From: Limisphaerales bacterium | GTDB taxonomy: Bacteria > Verrucomicrobiota > Verrucomicrobiia > Limisphaerales > JAJOIW01 | Assembly: GCA_965657355.1 (NCBI GenBank) | Contig: CBFHOE010000010.1 | Span: 43,795 to 107,794, forward strand | Reading direction: 5' to 3' | DNA length: 64,000 bases | In this document: piece after piece, positions 52,161-62,004 of the stretch | Position numbering within the stretch: the stretch's first letter is position 1 | How the letters are laid out: each line of letters opens with the position of its first letter | Translations under genes and position numbers: made by a program | The notes under the pieces: generated by a model | Database searches by the model: none | Told to the model about the DNA's origin: nothing | Seen by the model: only the letters and a program-made list of their open reading frames with translations

Positions 52161-53571
52161 TTTCTCTCCTGGCTCCCATATTTTGCACTTCGATCGTAAA
52201 TTGTTTGATGTCGAATTGATCATCAACAATCTTCGTCATACTCTTAAAACGGCCGGATAGTTGCCTATCAGATGCAATAATCTCGTTCATACGATCGAGA
52301 AATATTTCAACAGACCGTCTGCCAGCAACGGGAAGAAGAACGACGAGATTGCTGTATGGCAAATCAAGTGATGTAACGAAATCCCCCTGTCTTATTTGAG
52401 GCAAAAACTTTACCTTCAATTCTTCCTCTAGGTATTTGTCTTCATTATTCGTATATAGCATCACCAAAAATGACGGTATTTGGTAGATCGAGGCTGTTCT
52501 ATTAGCAATGAGAATAATATCAGAGAAGGCTTCGTTCGGTATGAATTTATATTCCGGTTTATGACTCCCACCTGATTCTACCGACCAACGTTCATGATGG
52601 ATTTCAAGTGATCTAGATGCCCAATGTGCCAGCAATTCCATTCCTTCCACACTCGCCTCGGTGAGCCTGTTGAATGGGATCGAATCAATCAGTATTACAC
52701 CACTAGCTTCATTGGCCGCATTACCAATGGGCAGTGCCAGTAAATGGTCTATCTGAGTGACCTCTAAATCTGAAAATTTTTTAATGGAAACGGGTGCATT
52801 AACCATCAAACATTTTCGGGCAAGGACATCCGTGTCGAGCTCAATAAACTCTGGCAAATGCTCAGATGTCCCAATAAGCCCCTGCCTTTTAATAAAACCC
52901 TCTTTATCCTGGACGTATATAGCCACGACTTGGACTTCATAAAATCTATTAAATAATCGGAGAATCTCGGTGTATATTGTATCTTTTTCACACCCTATTA
53001 AACGCCTTAGAGCTATATCCAAACTTGCTGTGTCACTTCCAAAAGAAACAAGCTCTTCTTCAAATTTTTTCTTTATCTGGGAAAGCTCATATACAGTTTC
53101 TTCAAGCGCCGTATGCCGAGAAATAAGTTGGTCATTAATCAACTTTATCTCATTTTCCTGGGTCATAAAATAGCTGTGCACCTCTCCACAGACACCTCCG
53201 AGAAAAATTAGGCCTGCATAGAAAAAACCATGGACAAGAATAATATTGGTTATGGTAACCCCTTCCGTTGCAGCGATCCCAAGACCAGTCGCAACCATAG
53301 AACCGGATGCATCTAGCCCTCGCCCCAAAAACATCAAAGTTGCTGCGTGGGCAACAAAGATCAATAGGCAGGATTTCATGGCATCAGAAAAACCGTATCG
53401 GCAACCTATAAGGACCGGCAACAAGACGAAAGGGGATGGATTTATGGAAGTCATTCCCGGGTCGTTAGGACTAAGCACTAAATTGACAAGAACCAGAATG
53501 GCAAACAGAACAAACATGTCCCAATAGGCACTCTTTGGATCATACCAATTTCTTTTACTCTTTCCCTTCAT
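52147..53571 (-). CDS. pelD: PelD-like c-di-GMP receptor (TM + coiled coil + GAF + degenerate GGDEF)
   Basis: PVLIGCRYG TM motif, GAF, RQGD, LVVLLP. Confidence 0.82.
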   Translation of the reverse strand: MKGKSKRNWYDPKSAYWDMFVLFAILVLVNLVLSPNDPGMTSINPSPFVLLPVLIGCRYGFSDAMKSCLLIFVAHAATLMFLGRGLDASGSMVATGLGIAATEGVTITNIILVHGFFYAGLIFLGGVCGEVHSYFMTQENEIKLINDQLISRHTALEETVYELSQIKKKFEEELVSFGSDTASLDIALRRLIGCEKDTIYTEILRLFNRFYEVQVVAIYVQDKEGFIKRQGLIGTSEHLPEFIELDTDVLARKCLMVNAPVSIKKFSDLEVTQIDHLLALPIGNAANEASGVILIDSIPFNRLTEASVEGMELLAHWASRSLEIHHERWSVESGGSHKPEYKFIPNEAFSDIILIANRTASIYQIPSFLVMLYTNNEDKYLEEELKVKFLPQIRQGDFVTSLDLPYSNLVVLLPVAGRRSVEIFLDRMNEIIASDRQLSGRFKSMTKIVDDQFDIKQFTIEVQNMGARRENALA

Positions 53572-53597
53572 CTATTTTTCCTGCCCTGATTGATGCT

Positions 53598-55319
53598 TCA
53601 GAATCCCATCTGAAATCCAAGCATAATTTGCCAAAGATCGGATCCGGCTATACCGATGTTCGGATCACTAAAATACCCAATGTCAGCATTGATTCTGGCT
53701 TGCTCTGTTAAATAATACGTGAGCCCACCAGTCACATAATAAAGCCCACCACCTTGCTCAAGGTCATAATCGTATCCCACCATACCTCTATAGCTCAAAT
53801 CCTGGGTCAAATAGTCTTTCCAGCTTAAAAACAAACCATGTCTGTGAATTGAATCTGGCAATAAACCATTTATCAGGCTTTGCCTTTGGGCGGGAGTTAA
53901 GCCATTGAGAGCTATATCATTAATGATCGAAGCATTGGCGCCTACGTCACTGTATGAAATATAATTAGCCCTGTAACCCCATCTAAGCGGCTTTAATGTT
54001 GGCGTCAATTGCCTGTCAAAATTCAAATATATTCCTAAAGCTGTGGATACCTTCTCACCATCAATTTTTATGTTCCGGCCTTCGACTCTAGCATTGACAT
54101 ATGATTTGTAATCTCCGTCCCAGGCATGCTGAGCAAATATGCCACCCCCAGTTGTTCGGGCATTCAGCTTTTCTAACAAAAGCGTGTCTTCAGATCTTTT
54201 TCCATAAAAGCCATCAATACTGATGCTTTTTCCATAATCAAAGTTTTTAGTAACGGAACCACCAAAAATCCCTCCGTCTTGATGGGCGCCACCATAAAGA
54301 TTGGCCTCGTATTTATTTCTATTATAGTTCAAGCCCAAAACACCTTGGACAAATGCCTTATTCGTATCTCTCCAAAGATCAGTTGCATTGAGCCCGATGA
54401 CAGGAATATCAACCTGTCCATATAATTTATACCTGTCGTTAATTTCATGGCCACCGGACAAAATGGAGCCATATGAGCTTCCTTGATCAAATATTTTTAT
54501 CAAAAAATCCGCTCCAACGTGCCCCAGTCTTTTTTTGTATATGTCATGCAGTCTTTCTTTTTGCTCAAACGAGATATCGAAGGCTAATTCTTTATGCGTT
54601 TCCAATGCCTTTATAAGCATATTTGCTGCATATGCCCATTCACCTGTTTGAAATGCATTTTCGACAACATCAAACGCCTGCGGGTAAAGTGTGTTGTCAT
54701 AAGGACCCCCATTTGGAAGCTGACTGAAAATAGAGTTAGCTTCATCATAATATCCATTCGTATAATAGGCCTGCCCGAGATAATAAAGAATTTGAGTATC
54801 GTCAGGATGAAGGCGATTGAGCCTTTGGGCCAATTTCAATACTTTATATTTACTCTGGCTTTCAAGATTCATAGAAAGCAAAGCGTAAAGTGTTTGCTTA
54901 TCGTCGGGAGCTTTCCTGAAAACGGCGCTAGCTACCTCATCAGCTTTATCATGCCTCCCCAACTTAGCGTGCAGATAAACCAACAATTTAAGCGTTTCAA
55001 GACTCAAATCATCATATGTAGCAACCTGTGCTGAAGATTGGTGCCTTTCCAGTTTTCGACCAACCTCAGCTTTCAAACTATCGATATCATCATAGTCACT
55101 GTAAGGCCCGAGACTTTTGCTGGCGGTTTGATAACTTTTGGAAAAACTATTATCACGAAACCCCTGATTTATTTTGGAGGTAGACTCGCGATAAACGACT
55201 TGATCATCATTATCGGAAAGGCGAGGCGAAAAAGCCTGACTCCTTCCCGTTCTTAGCAGGAGAGGGCCTGCCACCAATCCGAGTAATATCGCATATAATA
55301 TTTTTCTCATTGCATTCAC
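53598..55319 (-). CDS. TPR + outer-membrane beta-barrel protein (PelB C-terminal-like)
   Basis: Own signal peptide; TPR; aromatic-rich beta strands; terminal WQIMLGFQMGF. Confidence 0.65.
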   Translation of the reverse strand: MNAMRKILYAILLGLVAGPLLLRTGRSQAFSPRLSDNDDQVVYRESTSKINQGFRDNSFSKSYQTASKSLGPYSDYDDIDSLKAEVGRKLERHQSSAQVATYDDLSLETLKLLVYLHAKLGRHDKADEVASAVFRKAPDDKQTLYALLSMNLESQSKYKVLKLAQRLNRLHPDDTQILYYLGQAYYTNGYYDEANSIFSQLPNGGPYDNTLYPQAFDVVENAFQTGEWAYAANMLIKALETHKELAFDISFEQKERLHDIYKKRLGHVGADFLIKIFDQGSSYGSILSGGHEINDRYKLYGQVDIPVIGLNATDLWRDTNKAFVQGVLGLNYNRNKYEANLYGGAHQDGGIFGGSVTKNFDYGKSISIDGFYGKRSEDTLLLEKLNARTTGGGIFAQHAWDGDYKSYVNARVEGRNIKIDGEKVSTALGIYLNFDRQLTPTLKPLRWGYRANYISYSDVGANASIINDIALNGLTPAQRQSLINGLLPDSIHRHGLFLSWKDYLTQDLSYRGMVGYDYDLEQGGGLYYVTGGLTYYLTEQARINADIGYFSDPNIGIAGSDLWQIMLGFQMGF

Positions 55320-55328
55320 TACCCTGCT

Positions 55329-57425
55329 TTAATTGATTTCTGCTGTTATGTATTCCATTGCTTTCCTGTAGGCATCCGCTGCCATCACTTTGGAATTGTT
55401 ATTTTCGTAGTAATCACCTATGTCACGCCATAGATGAGCTAGCTTAAGTGGAGTTGTCACGCGAGCTATATACTCTCGAGATTTTGTATCCATGCCTTGA
55501 TAGATGTAGGCACGTGCAACGTGGACATAGAAATCCTCATGATCCAAACCCGACATCTTATCTATCAATTTATTTGCTTCGGGGTAGCTCTTCTTCAAAA
55601 TTAATAATTCTAGATATGGAATAAGTTGGTAATCTTGTAACACGTTATCCGCATTGAGCTTTTCGTAAATGGCAATGGCCGCATCCCAGTCTTTTCTTAG
55701 CGTGGCAATTCGTGCGCGATATCGCTGCTTTAAAACGTTTTCTACAATATCCCCGTTGAATGTGCCACCTTTAGGATGGGTATTTAAAATCTGTTCAGCA
55801 AACACCAACTGGTTATTATTTAATAAGTGATCCAGGTAATAATCTAAAACGTATGGATTCTTAAGTAACTTATCCGGAAATTGCTCTAACAAAGAAATAG
55901 CGCCCTTCACATTGTTGAGCTTTTGGTAACTTAAAAATAATTTCTCGAGCAGGTAGGCGTTTTCAGGGTTCTTGTGATAAGCCTCCATAATAATACTTTG
56001 GAACTCAACAAAATTACTCTCACGGAATTCAATCATCGCCAACTTTTCATAAAGTTGCGCTGATTCCAGGTGGCCATTCTCCCTGTAATCCCTTAAAAGA
56101 GCGGTGATCTCTTCCTCTTTACCAAGTGCCGCTCCGATATCAATGGTTTTCGTCAATGCAGAGTGATTAGGGTATTGAGTAACGAGCTGGTAATATTCTG
56201 CAAACGCTTTCTCATAGTCGAGAAGGCTCAAATGAATTTCCCCAAGTAAACTTCTAAACTCCAGAATTTGTGCAAATTGCTTCTTCCCTCGGGTAGCGAG
56301 CTTCTTAGCGCGCTCATATTCCTGCGCAGCAACAAGGATGCTAATATATTCCAGATAAATATCGTGATCGGCATTTTCTTCATCAGCACAGATTTTCTCA
56401 TACCACTCGTAAGCTCTATCGTTATCACCGTTCTCAATGAAAATGCGCGCCACGAAGAGCCCCTTACCAAGTTCCATGACTTTCCCAGGATAATTAGCGA
56501 GCATTTTTCCAAGCTCATAAGTCTTGTAGAGCCCCCCAGCGAGATCTAATAACCTTTCTAATGAATAGCCATCATCTGCTCCAATAGATTTTGCATAATA
56601 TTCAAAAGCCATTGCAGGGCGCCCCGACCACTCATATGCTTTTCCCATTTGTGCATTTAAATAAACTCTTGATGGATCAAGTGTGAAAGCTTTTTCATAA
56701 TGGGAAATTGCTATGTCATTGTTTCCCCCAGAAAGAGCCATATCACCCAGCAGTGTATAGACATCCCCGCCATCTTTGGCCTCGGAATCTTCAAGCTTAC
56801 GGAACTGCTCTATGTCACTTGCAAAACCAATTACTTCTGAAGTCCGGTTCCCCAGACGGGCAAGTTGAAGCAACTTATCTAAACTACCTTTACTTAATTT
56901 TTCTTGAGCTTGAAAAAAAACATAATAGGCATCGAATGCCTCTGATGAACGATTGTTTTGCTGAAATACACTGACCTTAGTTAAAATCATTTCCTCACTA
57001 TGATCTGCATTACCACGACCAGACTCATTCTCATATGTTTCTATAATTTGACCGGCTAGATCTGGACGCTCTGACCCAAGTAATAATTTGACCGTGGCGA
57101 TAGTTTCAACCTCAGTCTTTGCCGAATTAAAATAAACGGCTAATGCTATCTCCTCTAATTTTTGTGGGTCATCTCCCTGCGCAGCAACATTACTGAACAC
57201 ACGATTCATAAAAAGTTTTTCCCGTGCGCGAGCTAATTCCGGGTCAGCGCCAGAATCAATCACAGGTAAAGCATTAAGGTCAATGTCATACCCATCGTCT
57301 ACCATATTTAAAATAAATTCCCTCGAACTTGGAAGAACCAGGAAAAACACTAATGTGACAGAGCCTAATAGGGCCACTAGTTGAATCGGGTGTATAAGAT
57401 GAAATTTTTTCTTTATTTTATACAT
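55329..57425 (-). CDS. N-terminally anchored TPR protein (PelB N-terminal-like)
   Basis: TM ending FFLVLPS; AYEWSGRPAMA and many TPR helices; follows pelA. Confidence 0.7.
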   Translation of the reverse strand: MYKIKKKFHLIHPIQLVALLGSVTLVFFLVLPSSREFILNMVDDGYDIDLNALPVIDSGADPELARAREKLFMNRVFSNVAAQGDDPQKLEEIALAVYFNSAKTEVETIATVKLLLGSERPDLAGQIIETYENESGRGNADHSEEMILTKVSVFQQNNRSSEAFDAYYVFFQAQEKLSKGSLDKLLQLARLGNRTSEVIGFASDIEQFRKLEDSEAKDGGDVYTLLGDMALSGGNNDIAISHYEKAFTLDPSRVYLNAQMGKAYEWSGRPAMAFEYYAKSIGADDGYSLERLLDLAGGLYKTYELGKMLANYPGKVMELGKGLFVARIFIENGDNDRAYEWYEKICADEENADHDIYLEYISILVAAQEYERAKKLATRGKKQFAQILEFRSLLGEIHLSLLDYEKAFAEYYQLVTQYPNHSALTKTIDIGAALGKEEEITALLRDYRENGHLESAQLYEKLAMIEFRESNFVEFQSIIMEAYHKNPENAYLLEKLFLSYQKLNNVKGAISLLEQFPDKLLKNPYVLDYYLDHLLNNNQLVFAEQILNTHPKGGTFNGDIVENVLKQRYRARIATLRKDWDAAIAIYEKLNADNVLQDYQLIPYLELLILKKSYPEANKLIDKMSGLDHEDFYVHVARAYIYQGMDTKSREYIARVTTPLKLAHLWRDIGDYYENNNSKVMAADAYRKAMEYITAEIN

Positions 57426-57433
57426 CTCTCAAA

Positions 57434-60280
57434 TTATTGCTGGATTGTCACAGTTGCGTCAGAAGGCAACAAAAGCTCAAGTGTCCCGTCAGCGCCGACC
57501 AACGCAGTCGTGACGTCAGAATTGACTTGAATGTCAACTTCACGACCAGGCAGCCAGCCTCCAGTCTTAACCTTATTCTCTTCGAAGCTTTTAACTTTAA
57601 TACCTATCCTTCTGGGAGATAATTCGGTGACATCGACAATACCAGTGGACTTCTGCAAGTATACGTGTTGAGATGGTTTTGTGGTCAGCCGGATAATTGT
57701 CTCAGTTTTCGAACCGGTTGTAACATACAGCTTCCCATTCACAAAATTGTAACCAATAACATTGTCACTTGATCCAATATCGGGAACGTGTTCACCTTCT
57801 TCAAATCTAAACGTACGGCAAAAACCGCCATTCGTAATGCGCCAAGCATTATTCCCCTGCCTGTAAATTTTCACATCGCGCGAATCCTCAACAATTTTTG
57901 AATAATTGGCCGCTGTGGTAATAGATAACTCCTGCTTTCTACACCACTCCATGACCGATTCGATTGCTTTAACAGAAGCCCAATTATCACCACTGTACCA
58001 ATGATAATAAACATTAACAGGCTTTAGGCGACGCGGTTTCTCAGTGTATTTGAATGTCGACAATACATTCTCAAATCCACCGTAGAATGGAGTTTCGTCA
58101 ACCCCATTTTTCTTCCACATCTTTCTAAAAACATTTTCGTTCTGGACGGCATTATGAATTTGTAATTCACCAAAAGTTTCACGACATTTTGGCGCCACTT
58201 TGAGAATCGACGGATTACTGCGCGACATTATTGTCAGCCCCCCGTTCATATTCCTCAGTCCTAATGCCCTTGTCATTGCCAAAGCTTCTTTTGGAATCCT
58301 ACAATTGCCAGACCACAAGACGATTTCGACTTTCTTACCATCGGGTAGAAGAAAATTTTCAATAAAATCGATCGGGTCGTTTATCTCTTTCTCAATATCT
58401 AAGGTGCGATAACCGACTGAATTTTTTAATTTGAGGATCTGAGTATTATCTGCAAAACCACCAGTTATCTTATCTTCAACTTTCCAATAAAAAGGGTGCG
58501 AGTAAGTATGAGAAGCGGCTTCAACTTTCGATGAATTGAAAATGGTTCGCGCTATCCTTATTAGATCGTCGGCTTCACCCGGGTCCTGACCTTCGATTTG
58601 AGCGCGCACTTCCGATTCGATAACCGAAGCTGTTACAGGATACGGATATTTCTTAATAATTTTTTCATAAATGATTTCTGAAGATCTCATTCCTGGAGAT
58701 ACGGTGGATAGATTTCTAAATCCGTCCCCATCAATATGTGAATAAAAAATTCTCAGGCCATTCTGCGTCGATACATCTGGAATCGGCCAGTTTGGAATGT
58801 CTAATGCCTTAGTTAAAAATAAAAATGGATTTATACACCAGGAACGCATTTCTCCACCTATGCGAAAAATAGCCTCATTCAAAAAGACGAAAGCTCCCCA
58901 ATCGGCGTAAAATGCAGGGTGAAATTCAATCGGCTGACCAGCTTCAAGTTTTGATTTTAAAATAAGGGATATATCACTTCCAGAAGGAGCTCTAATATCC
59001 ATGAAATCAGAATTGGTAGGAATAGTTTTGAACTCAAAATTAAAATCACTCGACTGATGAGCAATCTCGACCTTTGCTGTCACCGGCACAAAATCCCCCG
59101 AGCCATGAATTCCAAATTCACGCATGAATTGGTTTCTCACAGAGCTCAAAGTAAATGGTAGTTTACCCCAGATGATTATCTTACGCCCGTTGCGCTTTTC
59201 TTCGATAAGCCAATTTAACACGCCTTGCTCAATCTCTTTAGGAATTTCTAAGTTATTATCAACAATAACTGCGCTAAACTTTGATGTTAGCGGCATTGGA
59301 ACTCCATCAGTCCCTACGTTGTGGTAGAAAAATTCCAATCCAAGATACTCCCCTGGGGTTTGAAGCGTCGCCGCCGTGGCGCTATCAACCGACCAATATA
59401 TATTTTTGGAAGGATCACCCGCGTCCCGTCCGTATATTGTAAAAACGTTTCGAGGCTCATCAGATTCGGGGTGGACGACAACGCCATTGAGCTCCACATT
59501 GGAAATACAAAGGTGAAAACCTAAACTTTCATATCTCTTATATAAATCTCGGATGCTATCTCTCTTTTCAGGCAGGGCATAATCAATAATATATATTGGA
59601 ATATCTTCACTCTGTATTTCCCTTAACCTAGATAGAAGCCACTCTCGGTCATTTCTTGATGTAGGCTTATATTCGTCGGATATGAAATCATAGGTTTGGA
59701 ATAAACTCTCAGCAAGTATCCCACTGATATCTGTTTTGACATCTTTCCAAATATCAAATCCCCGATTAATGAGTATCTCTTTGTCCGGGTAGCGGGCCTT
59801 GAGTCGTTTTATGATTTTAATGACCCCTTTAGATAATTCCTCTTTTCGAGCCTTGGACCCCTTTGCTAAAATTTGATGTGAGTCGATTGTGTCCAAGAAA
59901 AATCCAGAAAATCCTTTTTTCGAAATTTCTAAAGCGAGGTTGTCAACGACGTAGCTCTGCCAGCGGGCGTCTGATACGTCCATAATGAAAGAACCCCAAT
60001 TTTTGTTTTTATGCTGCACGTCAAATTCTTGGCGCATGACATCATTCAAATACGGGGCGTCCGGGGCAACTTCTCCAATACTTAAATAACCATAAATCTT
60101 TTTGCCTGGCTGACCCAGGTTGATCCGAGACAAATCAGCATCGGGGCTAATAATTGAGACAGTATATTTTTGGACCACTGCAGGATCCAAATTGCTCGAG
60201 TAATCGACATAAAAAAGGTCACCAGGCAAAGGGCCCGCCATTGCCATAAAGGTCAAGAAGGATAGTATTGTGGTTCGCAT
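57434..60280 (-). CDS. pelA: PelA bifunctional glycoside hydrolase / deacetylase
   Basis: GYLSIGEV, GFFLDTIDS, INRGF, HIDGDGF, SHTYSHPF, WSGNC, YYHWYSG. Confidence 0.93.
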   Translation of the reverse strand: MRTTILSFLTFMAMAGPLPGDLFYVDYSSNLDPAVVQKYTVSIISPDADLSRINLGQPGKKIYGYLSIGEVAPDAPYLNDVMRQEFDVQHKNKNWGSFIMDVSDARWQSYVVDNLALEISKKGFSGFFLDTIDSHQILAKGSKARKEELSKGVIKIIKRLKARYPDKEILINRGFDIWKDVKTDISGILAESLFQTYDFISDEYKPTSRNDREWLLSRLREIQSEDIPIYIIDYALPEKRDSIRDLYKRYESLGFHLCISNVELNGVVVHPESDEPRNVFTIYGRDAGDPSKNIYWSVDSATAATLQTPGEYLGLEFFYHNVGTDGVPMPLTSKFSAVIVDNNLEIPKEIEQGVLNWLIEEKRNGRKIIIWGKLPFTLSSVRNQFMREFGIHGSGDFVPVTAKVEIAHQSSDFNFEFKTIPTNSDFMDIRAPSGSDISLILKSKLEAGQPIEFHPAFYADWGAFVFLNEAIFRIGGEMRSWCINPFLFLTKALDIPNWPIPDVSTQNGLRIFYSHIDGDGFRNLSTVSPGMRSSEIIYEKIIKKYPYPVTASVIESEVRAQIEGQDPGEADDLIRIARTIFNSSKVEAASHTYSHPFYWKVEDKITGGFADNTQILKLKNSVGYRTLDIEKEINDPIDFIENFLLPDGKKVEIVLWSGNCRIPKEALAMTRALGLRNMNGGLTIMSRSNPSILKVAPKCRETFGELQIHNAVQNENVFRKMWKKNGVDETPFYGGFENVLSTFKYTEKPRRLKPVNVYYHWYSGDNWASVKAIESVMEWCRKQELSITTAANYSKIVEDSRDVKIYRQGNNAWRITNGGFCRTFRFEEGEHVPDIGSSDNVIGYNFVNGKLYVTTGSKTETIIRLTTKPSQHVYLQKSTGIVDVTELSPRRIGIKVKSFEENKVKTGGWLPGREVDIQVNSDVTTALVGADGTLELLLPSDATVTIQQ

Positions 60281-60685
60281 CTTTATGTTTTTGGCGTCTC
60301 TGCATTACATAACGCCCTAATTAGTATTCGGCCATTTATCTTGACCATTTACCCGGGAATATCCAAATCGGACTGTTTAGGGCCCTTATTCAGTGCGTCA
60401 GGACAAAATCCACGCATTATCAGGGTTTAAACCTCTTAAAGAATATAATTCTGGGATTTTTAATCGAAATGCGGGAGTGGTAAAAATTTCCACCAGCACT
60501 GCCCTAATTCTGGACAATGTCTAGGTTCTGGTGATTTTAAATAACAGCTACGTATAGAAAATAAGTGCAAAATTTCCTGTAAAGAAACGACTGAAAGACT
60601 ATCGACTCCTTGGACTCGGGTAATGACCAAATGGCTTGATCTCGATAGACAAAGCCATCAAATTTCGCATGGATTCTTGAGACAC

Positions 60686-60711
60686 AAAAAACCGCCCATG
60701 AACTTGAGCGG
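60686..60711 (-). terminator. Intrinsic terminator separating the hydrolase gene from pelA
   Basis: Minus strand ccgctca-agttca-tgggcgg-tttttt. Confidence 0.75.
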
Positions 60712-60740
60712 CAGAAATACGTTCTCATTAAATTGAGTAA

Positions 60741-61466
60741 TCACCCGCCTTTCAGCCATTTGACAACCTGACCAGACATTTCTGACGACCATGATTCTTC
60801 ACTAAAAACGTGGTCTGCTTTAGGTATTTCAAATAATGATACCCCTCGGTTAGCATCTGCGATTTCCTTCGAATGCTCTAGAGGCACAACATCATCTTCC
60901 GCGCCGTGAATGATGAGCCAAGGAATCGTAATGCTTGGAGCTAATGGGAGAATAGAATCGATTGCGTTCATATCGTCAATAAATGATTTTGAAAGTGGGC
61001 AATCTGGTTTTTCCCACATAAAACCGTTCTTTGAGTCTGGCTCAACATCACCAAACTCTACTGACGCAAACAATGCGGTATGAACCATTCCCGCAAGACT
61101 GATAAAGCGAGAAATCGGCAATCCATTATAAATGGCTAAAACTCCGACCGCTCCCCCCATGCTGTGCCCAACATATATGACTTCACGACCGGAAAAAACA
61201 TCAATTATTGCTTTCAGATCTTCTACTTCTTTGGTAGGACAAGACGAGCGGAAATCTCCTTCAGATTTACCATTACCAGAAAATGAAAAACGAACGGCCT
61301 CAATACCACTCTCAGCAAGCGCGTTCCCTAGTGTCACTAAAAATTCCCTGTCCTTATTCGCGGTTACTCCGTGACCAATCACAGCAATGGCTTCAGAGCT
61401 TTTCTCGGTTGGAGTATGCAAACTGTAATCTAATTTTTCACCCTGCTTGTTCCTGATCTCTTCCAT
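60741..61466 (-). CDS. Alpha/beta hydrolase
   Basis: GHGVT, GHSMGG, HGAEDDVV, ADH. Confidence 0.9.
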   Translation of the reverse strand: MEEIRNKQGEKLDYSLHTPTEKSSEAIAVIGHGVTANKDREFLVTLGNALAESGIEAVRFSFSGNGKSEGDFRSSCPTKEVEDLKAIIDVFSGREVIYVGHSMGGAVGVLAIYNGLPISRFISLAGMVHTALFASVEFGDVEPDSKNGFMWEKPDCPLSKSFIDDMNAIDSILPLAPSITIPWLIIHGAEDDVVPLEHSKEIADANRGVSLFEIPKADHVFSEESWSSEMSGQVVKWLKGG

Positions 61467-61510
61467 AAATTGAGTTTTTATATAGCAAGAGTGTTTCTAT
61501 CAAGCTTCTA

Positions 61511-61918
61511 ATGAGCCAGGAAAAAAAATCATTGCAATCGCAACCTAACACTTTGCTATTCAGCGAAGATGAAATTGAGGAAAGTTTTGTAAGGTCCTCA
61601 GGCCCCGGTGGTCAAAACGTGAACAAAGTTTCAACAAAAGTCGTTTTAAAACACATTCCTACTGGATTACAGGTCAGTGCCCAATCTTCAAGATCTCAAT
61701 ACAAAAATCGACAAATCGCTAGGTATAAACTCAACGCTCAAATTGCAGAATACTACACCAATCCGCAGACTCAATTAAAACAAGAACACGAAAAAGCAAA
61801 ACGAAGAGAAAGACCGAGGCCCTGGAAACTAAAAAAAAGAATTTTAGAAGATAAGCGCAGAAGATCTCGAAAAAAATCTCTTCGCGGTAAAATTTCACAA
61901 TCGCTACAAGAAGAATAA
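61511..61918 (+). CDS. Stop-codon-independent peptidyl-tRNA hydrolase (ArfB/C12orf65-like)
   Basis: SSGPGGQNVNKV, RSQYKNR, basic C-terminal tail; only 135 aa. Confidence 0.88.
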   Translation: MSQEKKSLQSQPNTLLFSEDEIEESFVRSSGPGGQNVNKVSTKVVLKHIPTGLQVSAQSSRSQYKNRQIARYKLNAQIAEYYTNPQTQLKQEHEKAKRRERPRPWKLKKRILEDKRRRSRKKSLRGKISQSLQEE

Positions 61919-62004
61919 AATTTCACAAACATATGACTCTGTGACCATTATATTTATATTAAGTTAGCTTTTATACTTCCGAATGGGGAATAGAGCCTTT
62001 TTTC

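Noticed and set aside
55300..55340. pelB pseudogene or sequencing break
   Set aside because: The downstream ORF has its own signal peptide and both ORFs look intact.
60281..60740. Searched for pelC, a c-di-GMP riboswitch or a sigma54 site upstream of pelA; ORF 60537-60728
   Set aside because: No lipobox ORF, riboswitch core or properly spaced GG-N10-GC promoter recognised by eye; the ORF crosses a terminator.
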